From assembly GCA_965223415.1 (NCBI GenBank), contig OZ245002.1, positions 2,720,001-2,784,000 of the forward strand: 64,000 nt of DNA, given 5' to 3'. The stretch's first letter is position 1. Every line of letters starts with the position of its first letter. The translations under genes were made by a program, and so were the position numbers. The notes beneath the pieces are model-generated. The model was given only the letters and a program-made list of their open reading frames with translations, was not told the DNA's origin and ran no database searches. Below are positions 56,101-64,000 of the stretch, one piece after another. Source of the DNA: Myxococcota bacterium (GTDB taxonomy: Bacteria > Myxococcota_A > UBA9160 > UBA6930).

Positions 56101-57383
56101 CGCGCCACCTCCGCCAGATCGGCATAGAGGTCGATCGGCCGCTGCTCCGGCTCCATCGCCCACAGCTCCTGGAGGCGTCGACCCATGCGCCCGAGCGGTA
56201 CGGGCGCCTCCACCCCCTCCGTGCTCGGCCCCTCGTAGTGGCTCGGGTCCAGCAGCAGGCGGCTTCGCGTGTGGCGCGGGTGCGCGGCCACCACCGAGCC
56301 CTCGGCCCAGACCTGCACCTGCCGGGCGCAGCCGCGCACCTCGACGCTCTGCTCGACGAAGCGGAAGGGGACGCTGTAGGTACGCCCCTCGAAGCGCACC
56401 GTGGCGTCGCGCCCGACACGTCGCATCACGGCCAGGTCGAAGGGCTCGGGAAGCCGCTCGGGCAGGGCCCCGAGATGGGGCTTCTCCGCCTCCCACGCCT
56501 GGAAGACCGTCGTGCCCGTCGCCGGGCACTGCCGCCGGTGGCTCGAGCGCGCCACCTGGCCGTCCGTCCACGCTTGCAGCGACTCCAGGCTCTCGTGCTC
56601 CCGCCGACGCGGATCGAAGCCCCGCCGGTGCCCCAGGATCCGACGCTCCACCTTCCCCTTCTCCTGCGGCTGGCGGGGACGGGTGGCGTCCACGTGGAAG
56701 CGAAGGGCCCCGGCATAGCTCGCGTAAGCCGGGTTCACCGTCCCCCATGGCCCCGCCCCCTTCGCCACCGCTGTCTTCACGTTGTCGACCCGCAGCACCG
56801 CCGGCACCCCGCCCAGCCGCTCGAAGGCCCGGTTGTGCACGTCCAGCCACGCCAGCGTGTCCGCCCGCTCCGACCACACCACCGCTTCTCGCCGCGAGTG
56901 CGAGAGCACCAGGTGGAAGGCATGCAGGTCCACCTCCTGGCCCCCGATCCGCACGCCCGGAAACTCGCCCCAGTCCACCTGACCCTGCGCCCCGGGCGGT
57001 GTCTCCACCCGACGCCGGCTCCGCACCTTCGGTCTCGGGAACCGGGCCCGCACGTACCGCTGCACGCTCTTGGAGCTCCCCGTGTACCCGTGCTCCTCCA
57101 CCAGGAACTCGTGAAGCTCCTGCAGGTTCACGCCACGGCCTCCCGAGCTCGCCTCCAGCCACTCCGCGATCACCTCGTGGACCGCCTCGGCCAGGAAGGG
57201 CTTCCCGCTCCGGCCGTCTCGCGCCCCCTCCGCCAGCCGCTTCAGCCGGTAGCGCACCGCGCTCTCCCGGATCCCCAGCTGGCGGGCGATCTCCCGGTTC
57301 GAGCACCCCCGCTCGTGCAGCACTTCGATCGTCATCACTTCCTCCTGCCTCAGTCGCCGCTGCCCCACGCCCCCCTCCCTCAC
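56097..57383 (-). CDS. istA: IS21 transposase
   Basis: HTH, ETPPGAQGQVDWG, VDNVKTAV, EKGKVER, YSVP. Confidence 0.94.
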   Translation of the reverse strand: MREGGVGQRRLRQEEVMTIEVLHERGCSNREIARQLGIRESAVRYRLKRLAEGARDGRSGKPFLAEAVHEVIAEWLEASSGGRGVNLQELHEFLVEEHGYTGSSKSVQRYVRARFPRPKVRSRRRVETPPGAQGQVDWGEFPGVRIGGQEVDLHAFHLVLSHSRREAVVWSERADTLAWLDVHNRAFERLGGVPAVLRVDNVKTAVAKGAGPWGTVNPAYASYAGALRFHVDATRPRQPQEKGKVERRILGHRRGFDPRRREHESLESLQAWTDGQVARSSHRRQCPATGTTVFQAWEAEKPHLGALPERLPEPFDLAVMRRVGRDATVRFEGRTYSVPFRFVEQSVEVRGCARQVQVWAEGSVVAAHPRHTRSRLLLDPSHYEGPSTEGVEAPVPLGRMGRRLQELWAMEPEQRPIDLYADLAEVAR

Positions 57384-57466
57384 GGGGAACGTGCCGCGCA
57401 GCGGCTCAACAGGAGGTGCGCAAATCTACGTGTCCTCTTAGCCCTCGAATATCACGTCCTGCGACA

Positions 57467-57921
57467 CCCCGGAGCTGGTTCACGGCCTGTTGGCGCATCT
57501 GGACGAGGCGGTGGCGGACCCGAAGGAGCTTCCTCCTCCCGTACTCCTCGTCGCTCGGGTAGTAGGTCGTTGCCACCCGATCCAGATCACCGAGCCAGAG
57601 CCGGCGTGCAATCTCGGCTGCATCTCGCCGGTCCGTCTTCTTGCCGAGCTTCTTCAGGTCGAGCTTGCGCGGATCACAGACCAGAACGTCGAGCTGCGCC
57701 TCTCGGCAGGCGTTGACGAACCACCGGTTGAGGCCCAACGCCTCGACGGCTACGCGGCAATGGGGTCCGAAGAACTTCAGCCGCTCCACGACCCCGAGGC
57801 CCTGTTCAAGGCTCTCGGAGCGGATCCTCTCCTCGGCGATCTTCTCACCCCGCGCATCCAGCACGCAGATCTGGATCACGGTGCGATGCAAGTCGATCCC
57901 AGCGAAGTACTCTGTCGTCAT
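57467..57921 (-). pseudogene. IS110-family transposase, N-terminal DEDD fragment
   Basis: AGIDLH, VAVEA, KTDRRDA. Confidence 0.88.
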
Positions 57922-57999
57922 GGTCAGTCTCCTTGGGGAGTGTTTGTTGGAACACAGCCAAGGTGGCTGTTCTCCAAGGAGCTGACCTCCCTATACCCT

Positions 58000-58103
58000 C
58001 CGGGCCCCGCTCGTCCCAATCGAGGCATGATACCCTGGGGTTCCACTCAGGTGGCTCGGCGAGCCTCGGGGCCGGCCCGGCAGCTGAGCCGCCAGTCCGT
58101 TAG
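58000..58103 (+). other. attC site 2, right part (R' hit by the IS110 element)
   Basis: ...CAGCTGAGCCGCCAGTCCGTTAG; removing both IS110 elements gives 129 bp, the same length as attC1. Confidence 0.88.
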
Positions 58104-58118
58104 ATACTCCCTTCGTCG

Positions 58119-59114
58119 TCAACCCTTCGTGGCGAAGAATTTCTCGCCAAGGAAGTCCTGGTCGTGGCGGAGCATGCCGTAGATGGCGTGGAGCAGCTTC
58201 CGCATGACGGCGACGAGTGCTTGCATCTTGGTTTTGCCCTTGGAGAGCAGCTTCTCGTAGAAGGCCTTCACGTTCGGTTCCCAGCGTGCAGCGACCATCG
58301 CAGGAAGAAAGAGTGCGCGGCGAAGGTGGGCGTTGCCGGTCTTGCTGATGCGAGCTGGCTTGTGCACAGAGGTGCCCGATTGAAACTGTCGGGGGTCGAG
58401 GCCCGCATGCGCGACCCATTGCCGGGTCGTCATGTCCTTGGGCAAGGTGCCTAGCTCGGCGAGCAACTGGATGCCGGCTGCGTCGGCGATACCCTTGATC
58501 GATGTGATGTGGCCGAAGTCTCTGGCGAGCTCGGGGCTCTGCTCGATCACCTTCAACGCTTGCTTGCGCAGCCGATCGATTCGCCCCTCCAGGAGCTCGA
58601 TCAGTTCGCGGATGTCTTGCTTCACGAACTCACTGAGCTCCTCGCTCTGGTCGTTGGCATGGAGCCGGTTCTTCTCCTGCGTCACGGTCTTGCTCAGAGC
58701 CTCCACGCGGCGGGAGAGGGCCCGTACCTCCAGAATTCGGGGGTCCGGCGGAGTCCAGGCGGAAAACTCCATGCGCATTCCGAACTCGAGAATCGTTTCC
58801 GCATCGAGCGCATCCGTCTTGGAGCGTTGAAGCGATGCCTTGGCGAACGCGGCAATGGCCCGCGGGTTCGCCACCATCACCTGGGACGCCTTCGCACGGT
58901 GAAGCGCGAACGCGAGGTCGAGGCCGTACACCCCGGTCGATTCCAGGACGACGCGCGCCGTCGCATTCCCCTTCGTGGCCCACCGAATCAGCCTCTGGTG
59001 GCCCTTGGGATCGTTCGCAAAGACCAGCCCGCCCTCGCGAGTTCCGTTCCGGTCGATGGCGACGACGAGCTCCTTCGCCCCGACGTCCACGCCCACGTAA
59101 TGACACTTCTTCAA
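58119..59114 (-). CDS. IS110-family bridge recombinase
   Basis: GVDVG, VLESTG, KTDALDA (DEDD), AHAGLDP..FQSGTS, ISKTGN..LR; GGAGG RBS and TTG start. Confidence 0.93.
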   Translation of the reverse strand: MKKCHYVGVDVGAKELVVAIDRNGTREGGLVFANDPKGHQRLIRWATKGNATARVVLESTGVYGLDLAFALHRAKASQVMVANPRAIAAFAKASLQRSKTDALDAETILEFGMRMEFSAWTPPDPRILEVRALSRRVEALSKTVTQEKNRLHANDQSEELSEFVKQDIRELIELLEGRIDRLRKQALKVIEQSPELARDFGHITSIKGIADAAGIQLLAELGTLPKDMTTRQWVAHAGLDPRQFQSGTSVHKPARISKTGNAHLRRALFLPAMVAARWEPNVKAFYEKLLSKGKTKMQALVAVMRKLLHAIYGMLRHDQDFLGEKFFATKG

Positions 59115-59149
59115 GGTCTCTCCTCCCCGTGATAAGCTGGGACCCGGGT

Positions 59150-59340
59150 CTCCCGACCCTGCACATTCACCTACGGACCTTGTAGACGCAGGCTCTCGGG
59201 CCTCGGATACTCCACGGCATGGGTGACGAGGGCGGGAGGCCCATCTAACGGACAAGCTCTCTGGCTTCAGGCAGCGACGGCCTTTCCCGGGAACCCATCT
59301 CGGAGTCTCACTCAGGCCCGAAGAGCCTGCTCAGAGGTAC
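59150..59340 (-). ncRNA. Predicted bridge RNA (ends approximate)
   Basis: Guides matching target and donor flanks at 59269-59277, 59245-59253, 59206-59213 and 59179-59184; each pair separated by a small hairpin. Confidence 0.82.
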
Positions 59341-59343
59341 AAG

Positions 59344-59461
59344 GCGGCGCCCTGCGAACGGCGAGACTCGACCACTTGATCGCGCTTGTCTGTCTTGTCG
59401 CAGTCAGCTTTGGCTGCGTGAACCCAAGCTCCTCATCACGAATTCGCATCTTCGTGAGCGA
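59344..59461 (+). pseudogene. Gene cassette 3 remnant (lipoprotein-like N-terminus) truncated by IS21
   Basis: LIALVCLVAVSFGC lipobox-like stretch; frame runs into the IS end. Confidence 0.5.
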
Positions 59462-59541
59462 CCCTCGGTGGACGTCTGAAAACCGGCCAAAGGTGGACGT
59501 CTCAAAGGCGGCCAAAGGGCCGCGCCCAGGACAGAGGGGTT

Positions 59542-60303
59542 CTACCGCGCCGGAGCCTCCTTCGGCAAGGCCGTGGTCTTCTTGGTGCGCCAGCTGCGGG
59601 GTCCGCACTTGAGCAGGTGGCCGTGGTGGAGGAGGCGGTCGAGCATGGCGGTGACGGCTGCCGTGTCGCCGAGGAGCCGGCCCCAGTCGTCGACGGGTCG
59701 GTTCGAGGTGACGAGGGTGCTGGTGCGCTCGTAGCGGCGCATGATGAGCTCGAGCAGGTCCTCGGCGGCCGTGGTGGGGAGCTTGCGCATGCCGAGGTCG
59801 TCAAGGATGAGCAGCGGCACGCTCGCCATCTCGGCCAGGTACTCCTTGCGGGTGCCGTCGAGGGTCGCATCAGCGAGTTCCTCGAGGAGGACGTGGACCT
59901 CGCGGTAGGCGACGCGATGGCCCTGGTGGATGACGGCGAGGCCGATCGCCTGGGCGAGATGGCTCTTGCCCGTGCCCGGCGGGCCGAGGAAGACAGCGTC
60001 CTCGGCTTGCTCGAGGAAGCGGCCCGTGGCGAGCTCGAAGACCAGGGCGCGATCGATCTTCGTATTGAAGCGGAAGTCGAAGCCGTTGAGGGTCCGGTTG
60101 GCGTCGCGGAAGCGGGCCTGCTTGATGCGCCGGGCCAGCAGTCGGTCCTGCCGGCGCTCGAGCTCGTCCTGGACGAGCGCCGAGAGCAGGTCGATGGCCG
60201 CCCACTCGCCCTTCTGGGCTTCGAGGAGCCGCATCTCCAGATGCTCGGCCATGCCCGAGAGCCGGAGCTTGCGCAGTGCGGGATCGAGTTCAGTCAGATT
60301 CAC
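59542..60303 (-). CDS. istB: IS21 helper ATPase
   Basis: FDFRFN, GPPGTGKSHL, LILDDLG, AMLDRLLHH. Confidence 0.93.
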   Translation of the reverse strand: MNLTELDPALRKLRLSGMAEHLEMRLLEAQKGEWAAIDLLSALVQDELERRQDRLLARRIKQARFRDANRTLNGFDFRFNTKIDRALVFELATGRFLEQAEDAVFLGPPGTGKSHLAQAIGLAVIHQGHRVAYREVHVLLEELADATLDGTRKEYLAEMASVPLLILDDLGMRKLPTTAAEDLLELIMRRYERTSTLVTSNRPVDDWGRLLGDTAAVTAMLDRLLHHGHLLKCGPRSWRTKKTTALPKEAPAR

Positions 60304-61879
60304 GAGAGGTCTCCTCGGTGCGGCGATCGATGAGATCGCGGTAGTGGGTGAGCTGGCGGATGAGCGGGTCCACCTGCTTGAGCGAGAGCGGCAGCTCGGG
60401 CTGACGCTCCAGGTAGCGCTTGACGAACGCGTAGGTGGGCAGCTCGAGGGCCAGGGCGGTGGCGCAGGCATCGTCGACGCGAGGGATGCCGTGGCGCTTG
60501 CACAGGGAGAGCACGCCCAGGATGCGACGCACCCCGGGCTCGCCGTCCAGGCGATGGATCGCCTCACACACCTCGCCCACGTGGACGCCGGCGCGCCGGG
60601 CCCGCGCGAGCAGCTGGAGGGTCGTGGCCGGCGTCCGCTTCGGGCGGTCCTCCTCCCGCATCCTGCGGCGCCCCCGCCTCTGGCGGACGTGCTCGCGCAG
60701 CAGCTCCCCCGTCTGCAGATCGAGCATCCGCACCCGCAGCCCGTCCCATTGGACGGCCACCCGCCGCCCCAGCCAGCCCGGCGGCGCGTGGTAGTAGGCC
60801 CCCTCCACCTCGATGGCCCCGTCGAGGTGCACCGTGCGCTCGCCGTGCTGGTAGTAGCGGAAGGGCTCGATGGGAAGCCCGAGCAGGTGCGGCTTCTCCT
60901 CTTCGTACATCGCCGCCACCTGGCGCTTGGTCGTGCCGTGGATGCGGGTGTCGGCCCATCGGCGCTCCCAGCGGTCGAGGTAGGCCTGGGCCTGCTCGAG
61001 CGACTCGAAGCGCATCCCGCGGACCTTCTGCTGCGCGTGGCGCACCCCGGACTCGACCTTCCCCTTGCGATCGGGGTGGCGCACCCGGCACGGAAGCGCC
61101 GTCACGCCGTAGTGGGCGAGCACATCGCGGTAGAGGGGGTTGAGCGCGGGGTCGTAGACGTCGGGCTTGAGAACGCCCTCCTTGAGGTTGTCGAGGACGA
61201 CGGTGCGCGGTGCACCGCCCAGCCGGCGGAAGGCCTTCTCGTGCAGCTCCGACCAGACCTGGCTGCTCGACTTCCACACGAGCAGCCGAACGCACTTGCG
61301 GCTGTAGCCCAGGGTGAAGACGAACAGCCTCGTGCGCCGGTACTTCCCCGACCCGGGATGCCGCACCATCGGCCCGTCGCCGTAGTCGACCTGGCCCTCT
61401 TCTCCCGGTGCCGTCTCGATCACCGGGTGCGCCTCGCGCGGCGCCGCGGCTCGCTGCTTCGCCACGAAGCGCTTCACACTCGCATAGCTGAAGGCGAAGC
61501 CGTGGTCATCGACTAGGTCCTGCCAGATCGCCATCGCCGTCCGGCCCTGGCGCACGCCCGCCTCGATCCACTCGCGGTAGGGCTCGCAGGCGCTGGCCTG
61601 GGGGCTCCGGCCCGGCATCGGCGGCCAGGCCGGATCGGTGGACGCCTCTTTGGCCGCTTTTGCCGGGGCCTTCGAGTCGGTGGACGCCTCTATGGCCGGG
61701 TTTGGGGCCCCGTGCCCCCAGCGACCAGGAGATCGCACCGCGATCCCCGCGGCCCGGAGGTAACGGCTCGCCGTCTCCCGGCGCACGCCCGTCGCCTCCT
61801 CGATCCGCCGAAGCGACCAGCCGAGGCGGCCAAGTGCCAGAATCTGCTCGCGTTTCTCGTTGCCCAGAAGGTTCGCCAT
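60290..61879 (-). CDS. istA: IS21 transposase
   Basis: ETAPGEEGQVDYG, LDNLKEGV, RKGKVESGV, RIHGTT. Confidence 0.93.
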   Translation of the reverse strand: MANLLGNEKREQILALGRLGWSLRRIEEATGVRRETASRYLRAAGIAVRSPGRWGHGAPNPAIEASTDSKAPAKAAKEASTDPAWPPMPGRSPQASACEPYREWIEAGVRQGRTAMAIWQDLVDDHGFAFSYASVKRFVAKQRAAAPREAHPVIETAPGEEGQVDYGDGPMVRHPGSGKYRRTRLFVFTLGYSRKCVRLLVWKSSSQVWSELHEKAFRRLGGAPRTVVLDNLKEGVLKPDVYDPALNPLYRDVLAHYGVTALPCRVRHPDRKGKVESGVRHAQQKVRGMRFESLEQAQAYLDRWERRWADTRIHGTTKRQVAAMYEEEKPHLLGLPIEPFRYYQHGERTVHLDGAIEVEGAYYHAPPGWLGRRVAVQWDGLRVRMLDLQTGELLREHVRQRRGRRRMREEDRPKRTPATTLQLLARARRAGVHVGEVCEAIHRLDGEPGVRRILGVLSLCKRHGIPRVDDACATALALELPTYAFVKRYLERQPELPLSLKQVDPLIRQLTHYRDLIDRRTEETSRESD

Positions 61880-61988
61880 GGCGGCGGGGGATCGCAGGTC
61901 CCTCGCCGTCGTCAACGTCCTGGGCGTCAGCCCCTATGGCCGCTTTTCAGACGTCCTTCTATGGCCGGTTTTGGGTGTCCACCGAGGG

Positions 61989-62301
61989 CCTCGAAGACCG
62001 GGAGGCCGAGGGCACGGGCCGCCTGCTTGCACATCTCGAACTGGGGCGCGAGATCGTCGGGAACCTCGTCGCCCCGCGAGGCCTTGTAGCCCGGGAAGGC
62101 GTCGTTCCGGAACGACGTCATTGCGAAGTCGAAGCAGCAGGCCATGTGGGTCGGCTCCTGCTCCGAGAGGAGCCGCAGCAGCGTGTTGGTGAAGCCGTAG
62201 GCCGCCTGAGTGGCCGTCTCGCCGTCCGGCCCGAGCATCTCCGGCAGCGAGAAGTACGCCCGGAAGACGTAGACATGCGCATCGATCAGATGAACGAGCA
62301 T
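61989..62301 (-). pseudogene. 5'-3' exonuclease (FEN/Pol I N-terminal-like), truncated by IS21
   Basis: LIDAHVYVFRAYF, AYGFTNTLL, CFD..SFRN..FPGYKASR; frame cut at the IS end. Confidence 0.85.
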
Positions 62302-62333
62302 CGACAACTTAACAAACGAAACCGGCCCCTATC

Positions 62334-64000
62334 TTAACGGCGCTCTTCGAGGACGGCGTTCTGGACGATGTCGGCGGCCTTGTGGACTTCGACGTCGCGT
62401 TTTTCGGCGCCGCGGCGGCGGAAGAGCTCGACCTGGCCGTTGGCCAGGCCCTTGGGGCCGACGGTGAGGCGATAGGGGATGCCGACCAGCTCGGCGTCCT
62501 TGAACTTCACGCCGGGGCGTTCGTCGCGGTCGTCGAGGACGGCGTCGATGCCGTCGCCAACGAGGCTCTCGTAGATGCGTTGGCCGGCCTCGGCGCTCTC
62601 CACGTCCTTCGGGTTGACGACGGTGACCACCACCTCGAAGGGCGCGACGTTGACCGGCCAGATGATGCCGTTCTCGTCGTTCCAGCTCTCGACGATCGCC
62701 GCCAGGGCACGGCCCACGCCGATGCCGTAGGAGCCCATGATGATGGGGACCTTCTTGCCGTTCTCGTCCTGCACCTCGGCGCCGAGGGCCTCGCTGTACC
62801 TCGTGCCGAGCTTGAAGATGTGGCCGACCTCGACCGTCTTGCGCACCTGGAGCGCAGCCTCGCACATGGGGCAGGCCTCGCCCTCGGTCACCTCGCGCAG
62901 GTCCATCCACTCGGTGACGGAGACGTCCCGCGCCACCGATACCCCGCGCAGGTGGAAGTCGTCCTCGTTGGCACCGGTCGTCATGTTCGTGCGGCCCTCG
63001 AGGGCGACGTCCGCGATCACGCGCAGCCCTTCCACGCCCACGGCGCCGAGGCTTCCTGCGGACGCGCCGAGAGCCCGGCGGATCTCGTCGCCCGCAGCCG
63101 GGCGCAGCAAACTCGCCCCGGTACCGTCGGCGAGCTTCTGCTCTACGAGCCCGTGATCTCCGCGCAGCAGCACCAGGGTGGGCGCGTCGTCGACGAGGTA
63201 GACGAGGGTCTTGATCTGGCGGTCCGCCGGGGCACCGCCCTCGAACGACGCCAGGTCCTCGATCGTGCGCACGCCGGGCGTCGCGAACTTCTCGGGCGCG
63301 TCGGGTCCGGCTTCGTCGTTCGCACCTTCGAGCAGCGACGTCGCCTTCTCCACGTTGGCTGCGTAGCCGCAGGCCCCGCAGGAGACCACCCAGTCCTCGC
63401 CCGCCGGCGTCTCGACCATGAACTCGATCGACTCGCTCCCGCCCATCGCGCCGGAGGAGGCCTCGACGGCGAGGGTGTCGAGCCCAAGCCGGTCGTAGAT
63501 CCGCCGGTAGGCCTCGAAGTGCTGCTGGAAGGCGTGGTCGAGCCCTTCGGGCGCGACGTCCATCGAGTACGAGTCCTTCATGGTGAACTCGCGCACCCGC
63601 AGGAGCCCGGACTTCGGCCGCTCCTCGTCGCGGAACTTCGTCTGGAACTGGAACCAGGTCTGGGGCAGCTCCTTGTAGGAGCGCAGCTCCCGCGCCAGCC
63701 AGGCGAAGATCTCCTCGTGGGTGAAGCCGAGGCAGGTGCTCGCGCCGTGGCGATCTTCGAGCTTGAACATCACGTCCACGCCCGCGCGCCCGGACTTCTC
63801 GAGGATGTCCATGGGCAGGAGCGCAGGCAGGCTGAACTCCTGCCCGCCGATCTTGCCCATCTCCTCGCGGATGATGCCCTCGACCTTGTCGTGCACGCGC
63901 TTGCCGAGGGGAAGCAGCGAGTACACCCCTGCCATCAGCTGGCGCATGAAGCCGCCGCGCACGAGCAGGCGGTGGCTCGCGGCCTCGGCGTCCGCCGGGT
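62334..64000 (-). CDS. proS: Proline--tRNA ligase (start lies outside the window)
   Basis: SHRLLVRGG, KFRDEERPKSGLLRVREF, EVGHIFKLGTRYS, MGSYGIG, anticodon-binding domain. Confidence 0.96.
   Translation of the reverse strand, partial: PADAEAASHRLLVRGGFMRQLMAGVYSLLPLGKRVHDKVEGIIREEMGKIGGQEFSLPALLPMDILEKSGRAGVDVMFKLEDRHGASTCLGFTHEEIFAWLARELRSYKELPQTWFQFQTKFRDEERPKSGLLRVREFTMKDSYSMDVAPEGLDHAFQQHFEAYRRIYDRLGLDTLAVEASSGAMGGSESIEFMVETPAGEDWVVSCGACGYAANVEKATSLLEGANDEAGPDAPEKFATPGVRTIEDLASFEGGAPADRQIKTLVYLVDDAPTLVLLRGDHGLVEQKLADGTGASLLRPAAGDEIRRALGASAGSLGAVGVEGLRVIADVALEGRTNMTTGANEDDFHLRGVSVARDVSVTEWMDLREVTEGEACPMCEAALQVRKTVEVGHIFKLGTRYSEALGAEVQDENGKKVPIIMGSYGIGVGRALAAIVESWNDENGIIWPVNVAPFEVVVTVVNPKDVESAEAGQRIYESLVGDGIDAVLDDRDERPGVKFKDAELVGIPYRLTVGPKGLANGQVELFRRRGAEKRDVEVHKAADIVQNAVLEERR

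Larger units (their letters stand above)
55165..57466 (-). mobile_element. IS21-family element (copy type A)
   Basis: TG...CA ends, long imperfect IRs (TGTCG..GGACGT...CTAAGAGGAC...TTTGCGCACC), 6-bp CCCCGG duplication at 55159-55164 and 57467-57472. Confidence 0.93.
54318..57999 (-). mobile_element. IS1111-type IS110-family element inserted in attC2; transposase disrupted by IS21
   Basis: Sub-terminal IRs TAGGGAG(T)GTCA(A/G)CTCC; CC core on both flanks; long non-coding segment 3' of the transposase. Confidence 0.85.
58102..59343 (-). mobile_element. Intact IS621-type IS110 element inserted at the attC R' box
   Basis: AG core (CT on the element strand) at 58102-58103 and 59342-59343; circle junction GGAGTAT-CT-TGTAC; no terminal IRs seen. 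Confidence 0.92.
59462..61988 (-). mobile_element. IS21-family element (copy type B), no target duplication
   Basis: IRs CCCTCGGTGGAC...AAAACCGGCCA at both ends with sub-terminal repeats. Confidence 0.9.

Noticed and set aside
58099..59343. IS110 gene as an ordinary gene cassette (GTTAGAT ... ATCTAAC looks like an R'/R'' pair)
   Set aside because: ATCTAAC at 59243 is not followed by attC arms or a GTTRRRY. It is better explained as the right target guide plus handshake bases, and the AG core duplication defines IS ends.

Overview
This is a very GC-rich bacterial chromosomal window. Gene content (PilZ proteins, Ycf46-like AAA ATPase, type-2 IleRS, PqqCD fusion) suggests Myxococcota or another deltaproteobacterium, which is an inference. 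Bases 1-51.4 kb hold housekeeping and metabolic genes: lnt, a plant-like UDP-apiose/UDP-xylose synthase, a putative Fur/Com-controlled porin-FMN-ApbE flavinylation operon, ileS-pqqB-pqqCD-pqqE, a trehalose synthase/phosphatase fusion, an HTH-citrate-synthase pair, and an aldehyde:ferredoxin oxidoreductase with moaD and two moeA genes. Bases 51.5-62 kb are an integron-type cassette array with a putative attI, two 129-bp attC sites, three cassettes and no integrase in the window. Five IS elements have invaded it. The most notable is an intact IS621-type IS110 element (58102-59343). Its non-coding end encodes a bridge RNA whose four guides and handshake bases can be read by eye, and it is programmed against the attC R' box GTCCGTT(AG)GCGGC. 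An empty copy of that target lies at 53801. A second, IS1111-type element sits in the same attC and is itself split by an IS21. The window ends in a truncated 5'-3' exonuclease gene and proS.
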